Below, piece after piece: positions 44,803-57,822 of a stretch of DNA of 64,000 nucleotides. A program made the translations under genes and the position numbers. This DNA is from Scyliorhinus canicula (lineage: Eukaryota), in assembly GCF_902713615.1 (NCBI RefSeq), contig NC_052155.1, forward strand, positions 103,771,103-103,835,102, in the 5' to 3' direction. Each line of letters begins with the position of its first letter. The first letter of the stretch is position 1. A model generated the notes under the pieces. That model was not told the origin of the DNA and ran no database searches. It saw only the letters and a program-made list of their open reading frames with translations.

Positions 44803-47800
44803 ATGGCTAGTCGGTAGGGGGGTGGGGGTGCCGCCCCCCGACCAGGCTGATTACATGGAACAACAGAGGGCTGAATGGGCCGGTCGAGGGCTCGCGTGTT
44901 TGTGCATTTGAGGGGGCTGAAGGCGGACGTGGCAATGCTACAAGAGACACACCTAAAGGTTACAGACCAGACGAGATTGAGAAAGGGGCTGGTTAGTCAA
45001 GTATTCCACACAGGACTAGACTCAAGGACCAGGGGGGGTAGCGATCTTCATCACAAACGAGTGGCGTTCGAGGCAGGAAGAATCGTGTCAGACAAGGGAG
45101 GTAGGTACATAATGGTGAGTGGGAAGGTGGAGGGGTTGCGGGCGGTACTCGTGAACATATATGCTCCAAATTGGGACGATGTGGAATTTATGAGGTGGGT
45201 TTTAGGTAAGATCCCAGATTTAGAGTCACATAACCTGATCATGGGAGGGGACATCAACACAGTCATTGATCCGGAATTGGACCGGTCAAAATCCAGGACA
45301 GGGAAGAGGCTGGCTGCGGCAAAGGAATTGAAGGGTTTTATGGAACAGGTGGGAGGAGTAGACCCATGGAGGTTTGCACGGACAAGGACGAAGGAGTTTT
45401 CTTTTTTCTCACATGCCACAAGGTTTACTCTCGCATCAACGTTTTTGTTCTGAGCAGGGCGCTAATACCGAAGGTGGTGGATACTGAGTACTCGGCAATC
45501 GCAGTGTCGGATCATGCCCCGCATTGGGTGGATCTACGGGTTATTGTGGAGAAAGGACAACACCCGCTTTGGCGACTGGAAGTGGGGTTGCCAGCGGACA
45601 AAGCGATCTGTGGGAGGGTTAACAAGTCCACCCAGAACTACCTGGAAACAAATGATACGGGGAGGTCTCCGCAGCGACGGTCTGGGAAGCTCTGAAGGCA
45701 GTGGTCAGAGGGGAATTAATCTCAATACGGGCCCACAGAGAAAAGGCAAACGGGCTAAGAGGGATAGGTTAGTTGAGGAGATACTCCAGGTGGACAGGAG
45801 GTACTTGGAAGCCCCAGACGCGGGGCTACTGAGGGAGTGGCGGAGGTTACAGGTGGAATTTGGGCTGTTGACCACAGGGAAAGCGGTGGAACAGTTGAGG
45901 AAGGCAAAGGGCGCGATCTAGGAATACAGGGAAAAGGCAAGCAGGATGTTGGCTCACTAGCTCAGGAAAAGAGAGGTGGCCAGGGAGATAGGTAAAGAGT
46001 AGAGACGGTGATACTGTCCCGGACCCAGCGGGGGTGAACGAGGTGTTTAAGGACATCGATAGTAAATTATAGAGTCGGAACCCCCGGCTGGGGTGGAGGG
46101 GATGAGGCAGTTTTTGGATCAGTTGAGGTTGCCGAGGGTAGTTGAGGATCTGATGGAGGGGCTGGGAGCCCCAATTGAGATTGAGGAAATAATCAAGGAG
46201 CTGGTGGGCATGCAGTCGGGCAAGGCCCTGGGACCTGACGGCTATCCGTGGAATTCTATAAGAAGTTTTCAGAGATATTGAGCCCACTGCTGGTGAGGAC
46301 ATTTAACGAAGCAAGAGAGAAGGGAGCCCTCTCCCCAACAATGTCACAGACCTCGATTTCATTGATCCTGAATCGGGAGAAGGATCCGGAGCAATGAGGG
46401 TCATACAGGCCGATTTTTCTACTGAATGTGGACGCCAAACTGCTGGCTAAGATGCTGGCTACAAGGATAGAGAACTGTGTCCCGGGGTTGATAGGGGAGC
46501 ACCAGGTCTTGCTTTACGCAGATGACCTGCTGTTGTATATTTCAGACCCGTTGGAAGGGATGGGGGAAGTAATGCGAATCCTGTGGGAATTTGGTAATTT
46601 TTCGGGGTATAAATTGAACATGGGGAAAAGCGAGATGTTCGTGATCCAGGCAAGACGGCAGGAGAAGAGACTGGGAGAGCTGCCGTTGAGAATGGTAGGA
46701 AGGAGCTTTCTGTATCTGGGAATCCAGGTGGCCCGGGAATGGAAGACACTGCACAAGTTAAACCTATCCCGGCTTGTGGAACAAATGAAAGGGGACTTGA
46801 AGAGATGGGACATGCTCCCGCTATCACTGGCGGGGAGGGCACAGACAGTGAAAATGACGGTCCCCCCCAGATTTCTATTTGTCTTTCAGTGCCTCCCCAT
46901 CTTTATCCCAAAGGCCTTTTTCAAGTGGGTAAATAACGTTATTTTGGGCTTTGTGTGGGCGAGTAAAACCTCACGAGTGAAGAAAGTGTTGCTGGAGCGC
47001 AGTTGGGGGGAGGGTGGGTTGGCGCTGTCAAACTTTTGCAATTGCTACTGGGTGGCTAATAGAGCCATGATTCGGAAGTATTAGGAAGATTAGGGTAGTG
47101 GGGGAGGGGTCGGTGTGGGAGCGGATGGAGGCAGCGCCATGCAAAGACACCAGTTTGGGAGCATTGATAACGGCGCCTCTTCTGTTCTCGCTGGCCCGAT
47201 ACTCCACAAGTCCGGCACTGGCGGCAGCTCTGAGAATCTGGGGGCAATGGAGGAGATACAAGAGAGTGGAGGGAGCATCGGTTTGGACCCCGATTTATAA
47301 TAATCATTGGTTTATAGCGGGTAGGCTAGATGGTGGGTTCTGGAGATTGCAAAGTGCAGGAATTAGAAGGATGGGGAATCTATTTATAGATGGGAGCTTT
47401 CCCAGCTTGAGAGCTTTGGAGGGTAAATTTGAATTGCCAGCAGGGAACGGGTTTAGGTATTTGCAGTAGCGAGACTTCCTGAGAAAACAGGTGCCGGCCT
47501 TTCCACTGATGCTGCAACAGGGGATACAGGATAGAGTAGTCTCCAGTACCTGGGTGGGAGAGGGGAATGTTTCAGATATTTACCAGGAGCTTTCGGAGGC
47601 AGAGGAAACCCTGGTGGAGGAGCTTAAGGGCAAGTGGCAGGATGAGCTAGGAGGAGAGATAGAGGCGGGTATATGGGCGGATGCCGGAAGTAGGGTTAAT
47701 ACCTCCTCATCATGTGCCAGGCTTAGCCTGATGTTCCACCGAACACACATGACAGCGGCTATGATTAATAAGTTTTTCGGGATAGAGGATAAGGTGTGCG

Positions 47801-48186
47801 AGGTGCACGGGAAGCCCAGCAAACCATGTTCACATGTTTTGGGCATGCCCGAAGCTTAGAGGGTTTTGGCAGGGTTTTGCTGTGGCAATGTCCACAGTGC
47901 TAAAAACACGGGTGGTTCCCAGTCCGGAGGTAGCGGTCTTTAGAGTGTCAGAAGTGCCGGGAGATCAGAGGGCGAAAGAGGTGATGTCTTGGCCTTTGCC
48001 TCCCTGGTAGCCCGGAGACAGATCTTGTTAATGTGGAGGGGCTTAATGCCCCCGAGTGTAGAGACCTGGGTTAGTGACATTGCTGGATCTCTCAGTCTTG
48101 TGAAAATAAAGTTCGCCTTAAGAGGGTCAATGGTTGGGTTCACCCGGAGGTGGCAGCCGCTTGTCGACTTTCTCGGGGAAAATTAA
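44803..48186 (+). pseudogene. L1 ORF2p (EN + RT + C-terminus), disrupted
   Basis: AMLQETHL, NIYAPN, IMGGDIN, SDHAP, GPDGYP, LLYADDLLLY, SGYKLN, YLGI, LPLSLAGR. Confidence 0.92.
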
Positions 48187-48376
48187 AATGTCAGCAGATG
48201 CAGTATTCCGGGGGGGTGGGGTTGGGGGGGGGGGGGGGGGGAGAGTAGGCCAGATTGTTGTTTTATGGTTGGGGTGTGAAGATTCGGATGGGGAGGGAAA
48301 TGTTTAGTATACCATGTTGATGTCATTGTTAATGTTATTTTTATAAAAATTTTCAAATACCTTAATAAAAAATAAA

Positions 48377-49585
48377 GACAAAGCCATGCTGACTCAGTCC
48401 TATTTTATCATGCACTTCCAAGTACTCTGTGATTTCATTTTTAATAATAGATTCTAAAATCTTTCCAATGACCGAAGTCAGGCTAACTGGCCTATAATTT
48501 CCTGTCTTCTGCCTCCCTCCCTTCTTAAACAGCGCTGTTACATTAGCCACCTTAGAACATAGAACATAGAACAGTACAGCACAGAACAGGCCCTTCGGCC
48601 CTCTATGTTGTGCCGAGCAATGATCACCCCACTTAAACCCACGTAACCCGTATACCCGTAACCCAACAATCCCCCCCATTAACCTTACACTACGGGCAAT
48701 TTAGCATGGCCAATCCACCTAACCCGCACATCTTTGGACTGTGGGAGGAAACCGGAGCACCCGGAGGAAACCCACGCACACACGGGGAGGACGTGCAGAC
48801 TCCACACAGACAGTGACCCAGCCGGGAATCGAACCTGGGACCCTGGAGCTGTGAAGCATTGATGCTAACCACCATGCTACCGTGAGATACTCGTTCTAGT
48901 CCTCTGGGACCCTTCCTGCCTCCAGTGATTCCTGAAAGATCATCAGCAATGCCTCCTTAACCTCCTCAGCTTATCTCTTTTAGAACCCTGGGGTGTAGTC
49001 CATCCGGTCCAGGTGATTTATCCACCTTCAGACCTTTCAGGTTCCGCAGAACCTTCTCCTTAGTAATGGTCACTGCATTCACCTCTGCCCCCTGATTCTC
49101 CTGGAGCTCTGGTATCCCACTGGTGTCTTCCACCGTGAAGACTGATGTAAAGTAACAATTCAGTTCCTCTGCCATTTCTTTGTTTCCTATTATTCCTTCT
49201 CCAGCCACATTTTCCAGTGGTTCAATGTCTATTTCTGCATCTCTCTTACCCTTTATATGTTGAAAAAAATTCTTCCTATCTTCCTTTATATTACGAGCTA
49301 GCTTGCACTCATATTTCCTCTTCTCCCCCCTTATTGCTTTTTAAAATTTATCCTCTGCTTGCTTTTAAAGGCTTCCCAATCCTCTGGCTTCCCATTAATC
49401 CTCACCATTTTGTATGCTTTTTCTTTTGCTCTTATGCTGTCCTTGACTTCCCTTGTCAGCCATGGATGCCTTGTCCTCCACTTAGCATGTTTCCTCCTAC
49501 TTGGGATGAATTTCTGTTGCCTCCCGAATGCCCCCCCAAAACTCCTGCCATTGCTATCTTCCCTGCTAGACTCCTTTTCCAATCA
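48377..49585 (-). mobile_element. CR1 LINE ORF2 fragment, interrupted by a SINE
   Basis: PWLTREVKDSI, KSPGPDGLHPRVLKE, ANVTALFKKG..GNYRPVSLTSVIGKILESII..SQHGF. Confidence 0.9.
48553..48884 (-). mobile_element. HE1-like V-SINE ((AGAACAT)n tail subtype)
   Basis: Same subtype as 53534-53886. Confidence 0.92.
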
Positions 49586-49589
49586 TCTT

Positions 49590-51173
49590 TCCCACGGAGC
49601 AGCCCGGGGGCCATCAAGCAACCCGAGGGAGGAGGTAATGATGGGACCAATGCCAGAGCCTCCCACAGGGGACCTGCTGAAACACCTCAGCGCTTCTGAA
49701 TCCTCCCTGACTGACATTGGCACATCTCATGGGCCCAACAGGCAGAGCAGGGTGGCACCTCATCACCGGTGACACCTGAAGGTGGCTGGGTCAGGTCCAG
49801 GTCATCCAAAGAATTCCCAGGTCACAGGGCGAGTTACGCAGCAGGCCTGTCTGGGGTCACAACTAGAAGGAGCGGCAAGGCATGTAAGATAAGGAAATTA
49901 GACACCAGCTAAGTTGGCATGGGTGCAGCACATAGGTTAGAGGTAGGGATCAGAGCACAATAATGTACAGTCACTATCAAACACGTTTTCACCAACATTC
50001 TGACCCGCCCAATCCTCTGTCTGAAGCTTATGCGGGATGGCTGGGCTGGGTGTAGGGGGTGTCCTGGGTGGGTGTGCAGAAGGTTTGGGATGGGATGTGG
50101 TGTGGGATTTGGGTGTTGGATGATGTCACAGTACAGGGCCCCCAGGACAATTGAATGTTCCACCTGGGATCACCCTCAGAGGTGGCAGGGAACAGGGCTA
50201 GAGGTGTGAGGCCGCCTTGCAGGACAGGTTACCCAGTGAGTAACGCCATCACCGCTCACCATCTCCACAACCACCACCCATCAGCCGTTCCCACCAATAT
50301 GTTGCCTTCCACACTGCACTCCTGTCCCGTTCAGTGAGTGACACCAGGGAGCCTCTATTCTCACCACCCATCCCTGTCAACATGGTAACCGGTGGCTTTG
50401 CAACTCGTGTCAGCAACATTTTATGCTGGGAGAGTAGCTGTGTGTGACACACAGGTTGTGACAACCTGCCCATGGACAGGATAGATGTGAGCAGGTGCGG
50501 TGGGCAGGCAGGGTTTGGAGACAGCTGGTGGCCCTGTGAGTGGGCTAGCAGATAGTGTCACTGGTGAGGCCACTGGCCTTAGAGGGGCAGTGTGCCAGGG
50601 AGGGTGCAGAAGGCCACGGTGCATGTGTCCTTTGGTTGGGGTGAGCTCTGCTATTCCCCTGCTTCGCTTGCAGTGGGGTAATGCTTCTGATGACGGCACT
50701 GAGGAGTGGCAGCACCCCGATCCCGAGGGGACACCCCAAATCCACGGAGCTGCCATGTATTCGCTCCCCACTACACCCCCCCCCCCCCCCCCCCCCCCCC
50801 GTGGCCCTGGTAGCCACCCCCAGCAAGCGGTGCAAGTTTTAAGTCTTTCAAACTTTTCTTACCTTCTCTCTTCCCCTCAGCAGTCATGGCGCCCAGTCCC
50901 TGTTTGTAAATACCTGCAGTAAATCATGCCCGCATACTTCCACCTGAGAAGGCTAAATAGTGGGTCAAATGCGCTAAAATCTTTTCAATGCATAAAAATG
51001 TCGGTTTTGCATGTCGTTGCCGGTGCGTGGTGCAAATCTTGTTATCGCCACCAGCAAGCGGAGCCTGGCGCCCGAATCACTGCTGGGCACAGACCTTGAA
51101 TTCGGCTGGGCGCCTGTTTCTCCGCCCGATCGCGGTTCCCGTTTGTGGCATTGCGAGCCAGAGAATTTCGCGC
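49590..51173 (-). mobile_element. Probable Harbinger-derived element (internal remnants + TIR)
   Basis: Ends GAGAATTTCGCGC (TIR-like). GC-rich decayed coding-like interior. Confidence 0.45.
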
Positions 51174-52562
51174 AATAATTTTTAACATTCATTTCATTCG
51201 GTAATCTTGCATTAGGGCTGTGTATTGTAACCATTCACCTGCATCAAAACAAAGGCTAAACATTTATTTTAGGAGAAACCTAAACATTAGTTTTAGTGCA
51301 ATAAAAAGGCCTAATTCCTGTACATTAAAAATATAAAATCAGATCTCTGGCAAACCCATATCTAACTGCGAAAGATTTTTAATTTAAAAATGAATTTGCT
51401 CAGGTTTTATGTTTCATTGTTTTACAAAATTCTGTGTGTTTAGTCGATTATTATTAAAAGGATTGCAAGTCTAATGTTGTCGAATTCATATTAATCAATC
51501 ATTGCAGTACATAGGCAGGAAGCAGGCCAGCCTGATCCAAGGCTGTGGCAGGAAGCCAGGAGATGGATCGAGACAGGGTCAAGGAACGGAAGCAAAGCTT
51601 TTCAAAATAAAAATTACAAATATCAGAAATTTGAAATTTAACTGAAAATCCTGGAAATACAGATCTGTTAGCATTTGTAAGATGGAAAAAAAAACACTTT
51701 CCACTTTCATTAAGTGGGAAGTGAACGTTTAGCTTGTCTAAACTGTAGAGAATGACACACTTTCAAGTGTTCTTAAAGCAAGGACAGCTCTTGGAGTGGA
51801 GATGATGTTCACCAGCGTTCCAAGGTTTTTGGTGTTATCTGAACCCTCTGATTATTTAATGCCTTCTCACACAATGTGCTTTCTTCTATATATACATTAA
51901 GGTATGAAAATGCATTTTTCACATTGCACCACAGTAAAGAGAGATAAATCTGATAGAGCTCTGTTGCAGGTTTACTGTGGATTACACTGTTGCCATCACC
52001 CTTATGTTTCTTAAGGGGAACTCTTTTGATTTGTGGATTTTAAAAGCATTCTTGTTCAATTTAATTGAGCACAGTGTGGGATCAATGTGGTGATATGCAT
52101 CACTGGAAATACACAAGGAATTAATGTAAATACAAGTAGACTAGACAGACACTAGAGGGAGCACCAGAGACATGACACACATATATTCAACCAATAGGTC
52201 AGTAAGATAGGACACGACCAATGGGCATTCACGATACATACAGAGGTGACACTATCACAGGAGGGCATTTCACAAACCTATATAAAAGGACACAGCACAC
52301 ATGATTTTCCTCTTTCCAGTGGAGACTCTCAGTGAGTACACAGGGTTGATTTGAAACACATCACACCCACCACCTGGATTGTAGCAGACTGGTTCGTCAG
52401 TCTGAGTAGCTATAGCAGGATTAACTGGAGAGTTGAATCCAAGTAGGAGAATTGTTAACAGTTTAAATAAATGTGTCAAAGCTATCTCCAAGTCTGAACC
52501 TTCCTTTGTCAGAGTGCACATCAAGGAAGCAGCTTATGCTACGTCAAGAGCATAACAAAACA

Positions 52563-52576
52563 TGATACCCAGGAGT
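52563..52576 (+). promoter_or_regulatory. Primer-binding site, tRNA-Leu(UAA)-like, degenerate
   Basis: TGATACCCAGGAGT directly after the 5' LTR, versus TGGTACCAGGAGT (complement of the vertebrate tRNA-Leu(UAA) 3' end). Confidence 0.6.
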
Positions 52577-53533
52577 GACCTGTTTAAATCCATATAGTTA
52601 CAACTCAGTAAACAGTGACAACCAGCAACAGCAGCCAGGCAAGATGATGTTCAAGATTCCGGTTCCACAACAGCACAGGTACCAAGGCAATCTCAGTGAA
52701 AACTGCCGTTGGTTCAGGCAGAGATTCAAGATCTACCTGGTAGCGTCCGACCTAGATGGCATGGTGGATGCAGAGAAAATAAAGCTTCTACTTACCATCG
52801 CGGGTCCAGAAGCTGCTGAAATCTTCCAGACCTTCAAATACTCAAAAGGGCAAAACAAGAGCGGTTTCCAGGCAGTCCTGGACAAATTCCAAGAATTCTG
52901 CGAGGAAAATACAAGAAAAAACAGTAAAAGAGGTGCCAAAACTCACCATGAGGTGAAGGTAGGCGTTCGATTGAAGAAATCTGCAGTTTTGATTGGCGGC
53001 CATCTTGGAAAAGGTGCCGCACATGCACAGTTGAGAAAAAGACCCCAAGTAAAGTAACAGCGATCTGTGCATGCCCAATCACTTTCTACGACCTATGTCG
53101 CATGCTTCGTGATGTCAGAGGCCCCGGACCACACCCACTTAAAGGGGAAATGTCCCAAAAAATGAAAAAAACATTTAAGGCCGTAAAACCCGATTCTTTC
53201 ACCTGGAATGACTGCACAATGCCTGAAATTCGACCAGTAGCTGAAAGTAACCTCCGCAGAACCCTGCAACAAGCAGTTAGCACCGCCCAAAGAGATGATA
53301 CAGTCCTTGAAGACTATGACTCAGACCTTGAATTCTTCTTTGGACATCGGAAGCCCAATGCCAGCTCCGACACAAAACGTGATGATATGGTCTTGGAAGA
53401 CAATGACTCAGACGAAGATTTCACCTTGAGAGGCTACCCCAGTACCATATCCGAACTGCAACTAGACGTGTTGTACATTGAAGACCCCGACGACGAGTTC
53501 TTCGGATTGGGGAATCTTCAACCCAGCATATAT

Positions 53534-53886
53534 TAGAGGGCAGCACGGTAGCATGGTGGTTAGCATAAATGCTTCACAGCTCCAGGGTCCCAGGTTCGAT
53601 TCCCGGCTGGGTCACTGTCTGTGAGGAGTCTGCACGTCCTCCCCGTGTGTGCGTGGGTTTCCTCCGGGTGCTCCGGTTTCCTCCCACAGTCCAAAGATGT
53701 GCGGGTTAGGTGGATTGGCTATGCTAAATTGCCCTTAGTGTCCTAAAAAATAAGGTTAATGGGGGGGGGGTTGTTGGGTTACTGGTATAGGGTGGATACA
53801 TTGAGTTGAGTAGGGTGATCATTGCTCAGCACAACATCGAGGGCCGAAGGGCCTGTTCTGTGCTGTACTGTACTGTTCTATGTTCT
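53534..53886 (+). mobile_element. HE1-like V-SINE inserted in the LTR element ORF, TSD ATATAT
   Basis: ATATAT at 53528-53533 and 53887-53892. Removal joins LQPSIY to DIPTCEF in frame. Confidence 0.92.
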
Positions 53887-54533
53887 ATATATGACATCCC
53901 GACTTGTGAGTTCAGGATTATGCTGCGGCCTGATGCCAAGAGACAGAGAGTGATACAGGCCCACAGAGAGCAGCCTGCTGCCACACAGAGTGGTCTATGA
54001 ACCGCGAAGAGTCCCCGACTCCACACAGAGAGTGGTCCACGCACCACGAAGGGTCCCAGCCTCCACACAGAAAGCGATGAAAGACTCCAGAGCGCAGTCC
54101 TTGCATGAACAAGAAGTGACTCAAGTGACACAAGTCTCCACAGCGAGCTCATGGACAGCCTTCACGATAGAAGCAATGCAAGACTCCAAAGCGCAGTCCT
54201 GGATGAACAAGACCATGAGGGTCTAGCAACCTCCTCTGAGCAACCAGCAGCAGACAATGCACGTCTGCCATGCTCAAGTGAACAACAGAAGAAGACTCTG
54301 ACAGTCTACCCAGCTCAAGTGAATGAAAAGAAGACACTGAGGCTCTCCCCACTGTATGTGCAACAAGTGACAATGGCATCCCACTTCCCGTGCAATGTGA
54401 CGGACCTCAGCTAGTGTGTACAGAGGCACTCGACAATCACAGTGAGGCTACTGGTGACTCCGGTGACACCAAGTTACTTCAAACCTCATTCGCCTGAGCC
54501 TCTCCGCAAGCAAATGCATTCCTGAACATTTTG

Positions 54534-54775
54534 ACTCCGGACATGGAGCATCAAGAAACCTCAGAAGATGCAAGTGAACCTGAAATTACTCCGGACGGGG
54601 AGCATCAAGAAACCACAGACGATGCAAGTAAACCTGAAATGACTCCAGACGGGGAGCATCAAGGAGCCAAAACTGACTCAGGTGAAACAGACCAGACTCC
54701 AGACAGGAAGAATCGACAAGCCAAAGCTGATTCAAGTAAGCCGGACTTGACTCCAGACGGGGAGAGCCGCGAACT
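54534..54775 (+). repeat. Coding tandem repeat, 54 bp / 18 aa, about 4.5 copies
   Basis: TPDMEHQETSEDASEPEI / TPDGEHQETTDDASKPEM / TPDGEHQGAKTDSGETDQ / TPDRKNRQAKADSSKPDL / TPDGES. Confidence 0.9.
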
Positions 54776-55397
54776 CAGTGACGGCATGCTCAAGGAAACA
54801 GAAGGTGCCACAAAGGACGTTGACATGAGTAAGGGCTCGTATTATCCACAGAGTGTGGTCCTTGAGTGCAGCAAATATGACAACAAAACCAACCAACACA
54901 ACAGCAACATCAAAGACAATAACAAGAAGTGTACCAAAGGCAACAGCGTCGACTACAAGCACAACAAAAACAACAACAATGGAACTACGACTGGTACGAC
55001 ATGGTACAACTTTGCCCATGAGGGACACTGTTACTGCTCAGCTCAATACAATGACATACCATGGCAGGACAACACAGATTGTATACATCGCTACCACAAG
55101 CATCGGAAGAACAAAATACTCCAAATCAGACAATGAAGTGATGTGACCATTTCTTGGTTCCTTACGCACAGGAACACTGACGGCGTTTACAAAGCAATGC
55201 CACCATCAACATCACCACCTCACCAACCAAACAGGAAAGACACTCGGCCATAATTATTAATGAATTTTGGACTCATACATATGATTTGTTTGGACTTATT
55301 GTTTAATGATCACTGATATCATAACTTGTACAGAGCATCACTTATCTACCTGTTTTTGTTCAATTTTCGTTCACACTATACAGAAAATATGTAACAC

Positions 55398-55411
55398 GAA
55401 AAAAGGGGGGA
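55398..55411 (+). promoter_or_regulatory. Polypurine tract
   Basis: GAAAAAAGGGGGGA immediately before the 3' LTR. Confidence 0.88.
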
Positions 55412-56048
55412 TGTGGTGATATGCATCTCTGTAAATACACAAGGGGTTGATGTAAATATATGTAGACTATATAGACACTAGAGGGAGCACTAGAGACATG
55501 ACACACAGACATTCAACCAATAGGTCAGTAAGATAGGCATTCACGATACATACAGACACTACCACAGGAGGGCATTACACAAACCCATATAAAAGGACAC
55601 AGCACATATGATCTTCTTCTTTCCAGTGGAGACACTCAGTGAGTATACAGAGTTAATTTGAAACACATCACACCCACCACCTGGATTGTAGCAGACCGGT
55701 TAGTCAGTCTGAGTAACTATAGCAGGATTATCAGGAGAGTCGAGTTCAAGTAGGAGAATTGTTAACAGTTTAAATAAATGTGTTAAAGCGATCTCCAAGT
55801 CTGAACCTTCCTTTGTTAGAGTGCACATCAAGGAAGCAGCTTATGCTACGTCAAGAGCATAACAAAACAATCAGCATAACCCCCAATTAAGTGACTTCAG
55901 TTTTCAGTTAAAGATGATAACCTTCCTAATTCCATTGAAAATGTTCAAGGAATGTATAAATTCAGCAGTGATACCTCTTATATCAACTTACAAAGTGTTG
56001 GCATCAATGATTAGTTGTATGTGCTTCACTGAGAGACAAAATTGTACA

Positions 56049-56370
56049 GGGTGGCATGATGGTTAGCACTGCTGCCTCACAGCGCCAGAGATCCGGGTTC
56101 AATTCCAACCTTGGGTGACTGTGTGGAGTTTGCACATTCTTCCTGTGTCTGTGTGAGTTTTGTCCTTTGCTCCGGTTCCTTCCCACAGTCCAAAGATATG
56201 TAAGTGATATGGATTGGCCATGATAAATTGTCCCTTCATGTCTGAAAGGTTAGGTGGGGTTATGGAGATAGGGTGGGGTGTGGGCCTAAGGAGGGTGCTC
56301 TTTCAGAGGGTTGGTGCAGACTCGATGGGCTGAATGGCCTCCTTCTGCACTGTAGTGATTCTATGATTCT
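56049..56370 (+). mobile_element. HE1-like V-SINE
   Basis: Box A/B head, V-domain, ggcctccttctgcactgt..ttctatgattct tail. Confidence 0.9.
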
Positions 56371-57433
56371 GAATTGTCAATTTCATGGAAAATGGTTCAA
56401 ATGCAAAATGTTTATTCGCTAAAATTATTATTTTAAAGGTTTGCTATTCAATATCCTATTGATTCACAATAGTGACATTTGTGCTTTGTTTTGCTCCTTT
56501 AAAGCATGCATAGTACCTGTCTGCTGAAGTAAATACTTTTTCAGGACTAGGCAAGTTCTTTAAATTAATATTGCATGGATTAAGGTCATTTCCAATTAAA
56601 ATTTAATTAGTCCTGGAACACACTCTTTGCATTGCATAGAATCACAAGTTTCCTGACTGATGCAACAAATTCTGGTTTCTATTGATGGCCACTCTGAATG
56701 CTCCTCAGTGCAGCTCTCATGTCCCCAGAAGCTCCTGAAGCACAAGATTGTTACTATAAATGGGGTGAAAAGTGATGCAGCTTCCTCCGACTTCCTCCAC
56801 TCAACCTAATGGAGATTAAGAGCCATTAAGGGCTCTTTGCTGCATGTGCAGTTTATATTGATCAGATTGACTCAGTTGTTTTAGCCAATGATCCGATTAC
56901 AAGTGTGGTCACCTTTCTGTGATTACTGGCAGTGACATGCCTACGTAGGCACTTTAGAAGAGAGCAGATGATATTTAGAGAAGTTTTTAAAATTGAATCT
57001 GTGTAAGAAATAATTCAACTCATTGAGGCCTGTAGCAAATGGCTGGTATAAAACCTCATTGTGTAATACTGCTGCAGTATCGTGGTATTGCAAACAATAC
57101 AGACAAATCAAAACAGTTTCATTTTCAGGCGTAACTTTCCCTACATCTAAGCACCATAAAAGGAGTGAAACTGATATTTACTTTTGAGTTAATATTTCTG
57201 ATTAGTTTTTTAAAATAGATTTTTAGCTTGGTGGAAACATTCCCTATTTACTCCAGATAATTATCCGTTCACGGTGTAGAGAAGTATCTTTATAACATAC
57301 ATTTTTGTTCAGCTTTCTCTCAAATGACCGTGTTTCCAGAGATGCTTCAGAATCATGCCAATCCACTCAGATGAGGAATGCAGGACAGAAGTAGAAAATT
57401 GAGTAAGGTACATTATCAATTTTTCAGTGCAAC

Positions 57434-57822
57434 TGTGCTGAGATGCATAAAGCAATTCTGTACATAATATTATATATGACCCCCCAACCACCAGGTGACA
57501 GTGTAACCCCACCACGTGACCATGTCTGGGGAGTTGGGAGTAAGTTGTGTTGGTGGATAGATATATTTTGCAGTAGATCTACAAAGTTAGTGCAAATAGT
57601 TTGTTATTTATTTATTCTAGTTATCTTTTACCACGCAGTTGTTTCATAATAAATGATTTAAACTAGATGTTCTGTAGCGTATCATTCAGATCAGCCAGTC
57701 TAAATAATAAATAGTCGCTTATTGTCACGAGTAGGCTTCAATGAAGTTACTGTGAAAAGCCCCTAGTCGCCACATTCCGGTGCCTGTTCGGGGAGGCTGG
57801 TACTGGTCTACAGAACATGACA
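57434..57822 (+). mobile_element. Solo LTR with GCAAC TSD, containing a SINE fragment
   Basis: TG...CA termini. GCAAC at 57429-57433 and 57823-57827. AATAAA at about 57648. Confidence 0.8.
57703..57805 (-). mobile_element. 5'-truncated SINE family B, TSD GTCTA
   Basis: Homologous to 11467-11575. GTCTA at 57698-57702 and 57806-57810. Confidence 0.85.

Larger units (their letters stand above)
44107..48376 (+). mobile_element. 5'-truncated L1-clade LINE (spacer + ORF2 + 3'UTR)
   Basis: G-rich spacer, ORF2 at 44803-48186, ending ccttaataaaaaataaa. Confidence 0.9.
52644..55136 (+). pseudogene. Gag-like ORF with long low-complexity extension (broken by frameshifts and a SINE)
   Basis: QGNLSENCRWFRQRFKIYLVASDL..KIKLLLTIAGPEAAEIF..VLDKFQEFC (Gypsy gag N-terminus), then acidic repeats. 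Confidence 0.7.
52086..55869 (+). mobile_element. Pol-less LTR retrotransposon (gag N-terminus + acidic repeat protein; TR-GAG-like)
   Basis: LTRs at 52086-52562 and 55412-55869 (TG...CA). TSD ATCAA/ATCAG. PBS and PPT present. No PR, RT, RH or INT motifs. Confidence 0.9.

Noticed and set aside
56938-56951. Perfect 14-bp palindrome TGCCTACGTAGGCA
   Set aside because: A few palindromes of this length are expected by chance in 64 kb.
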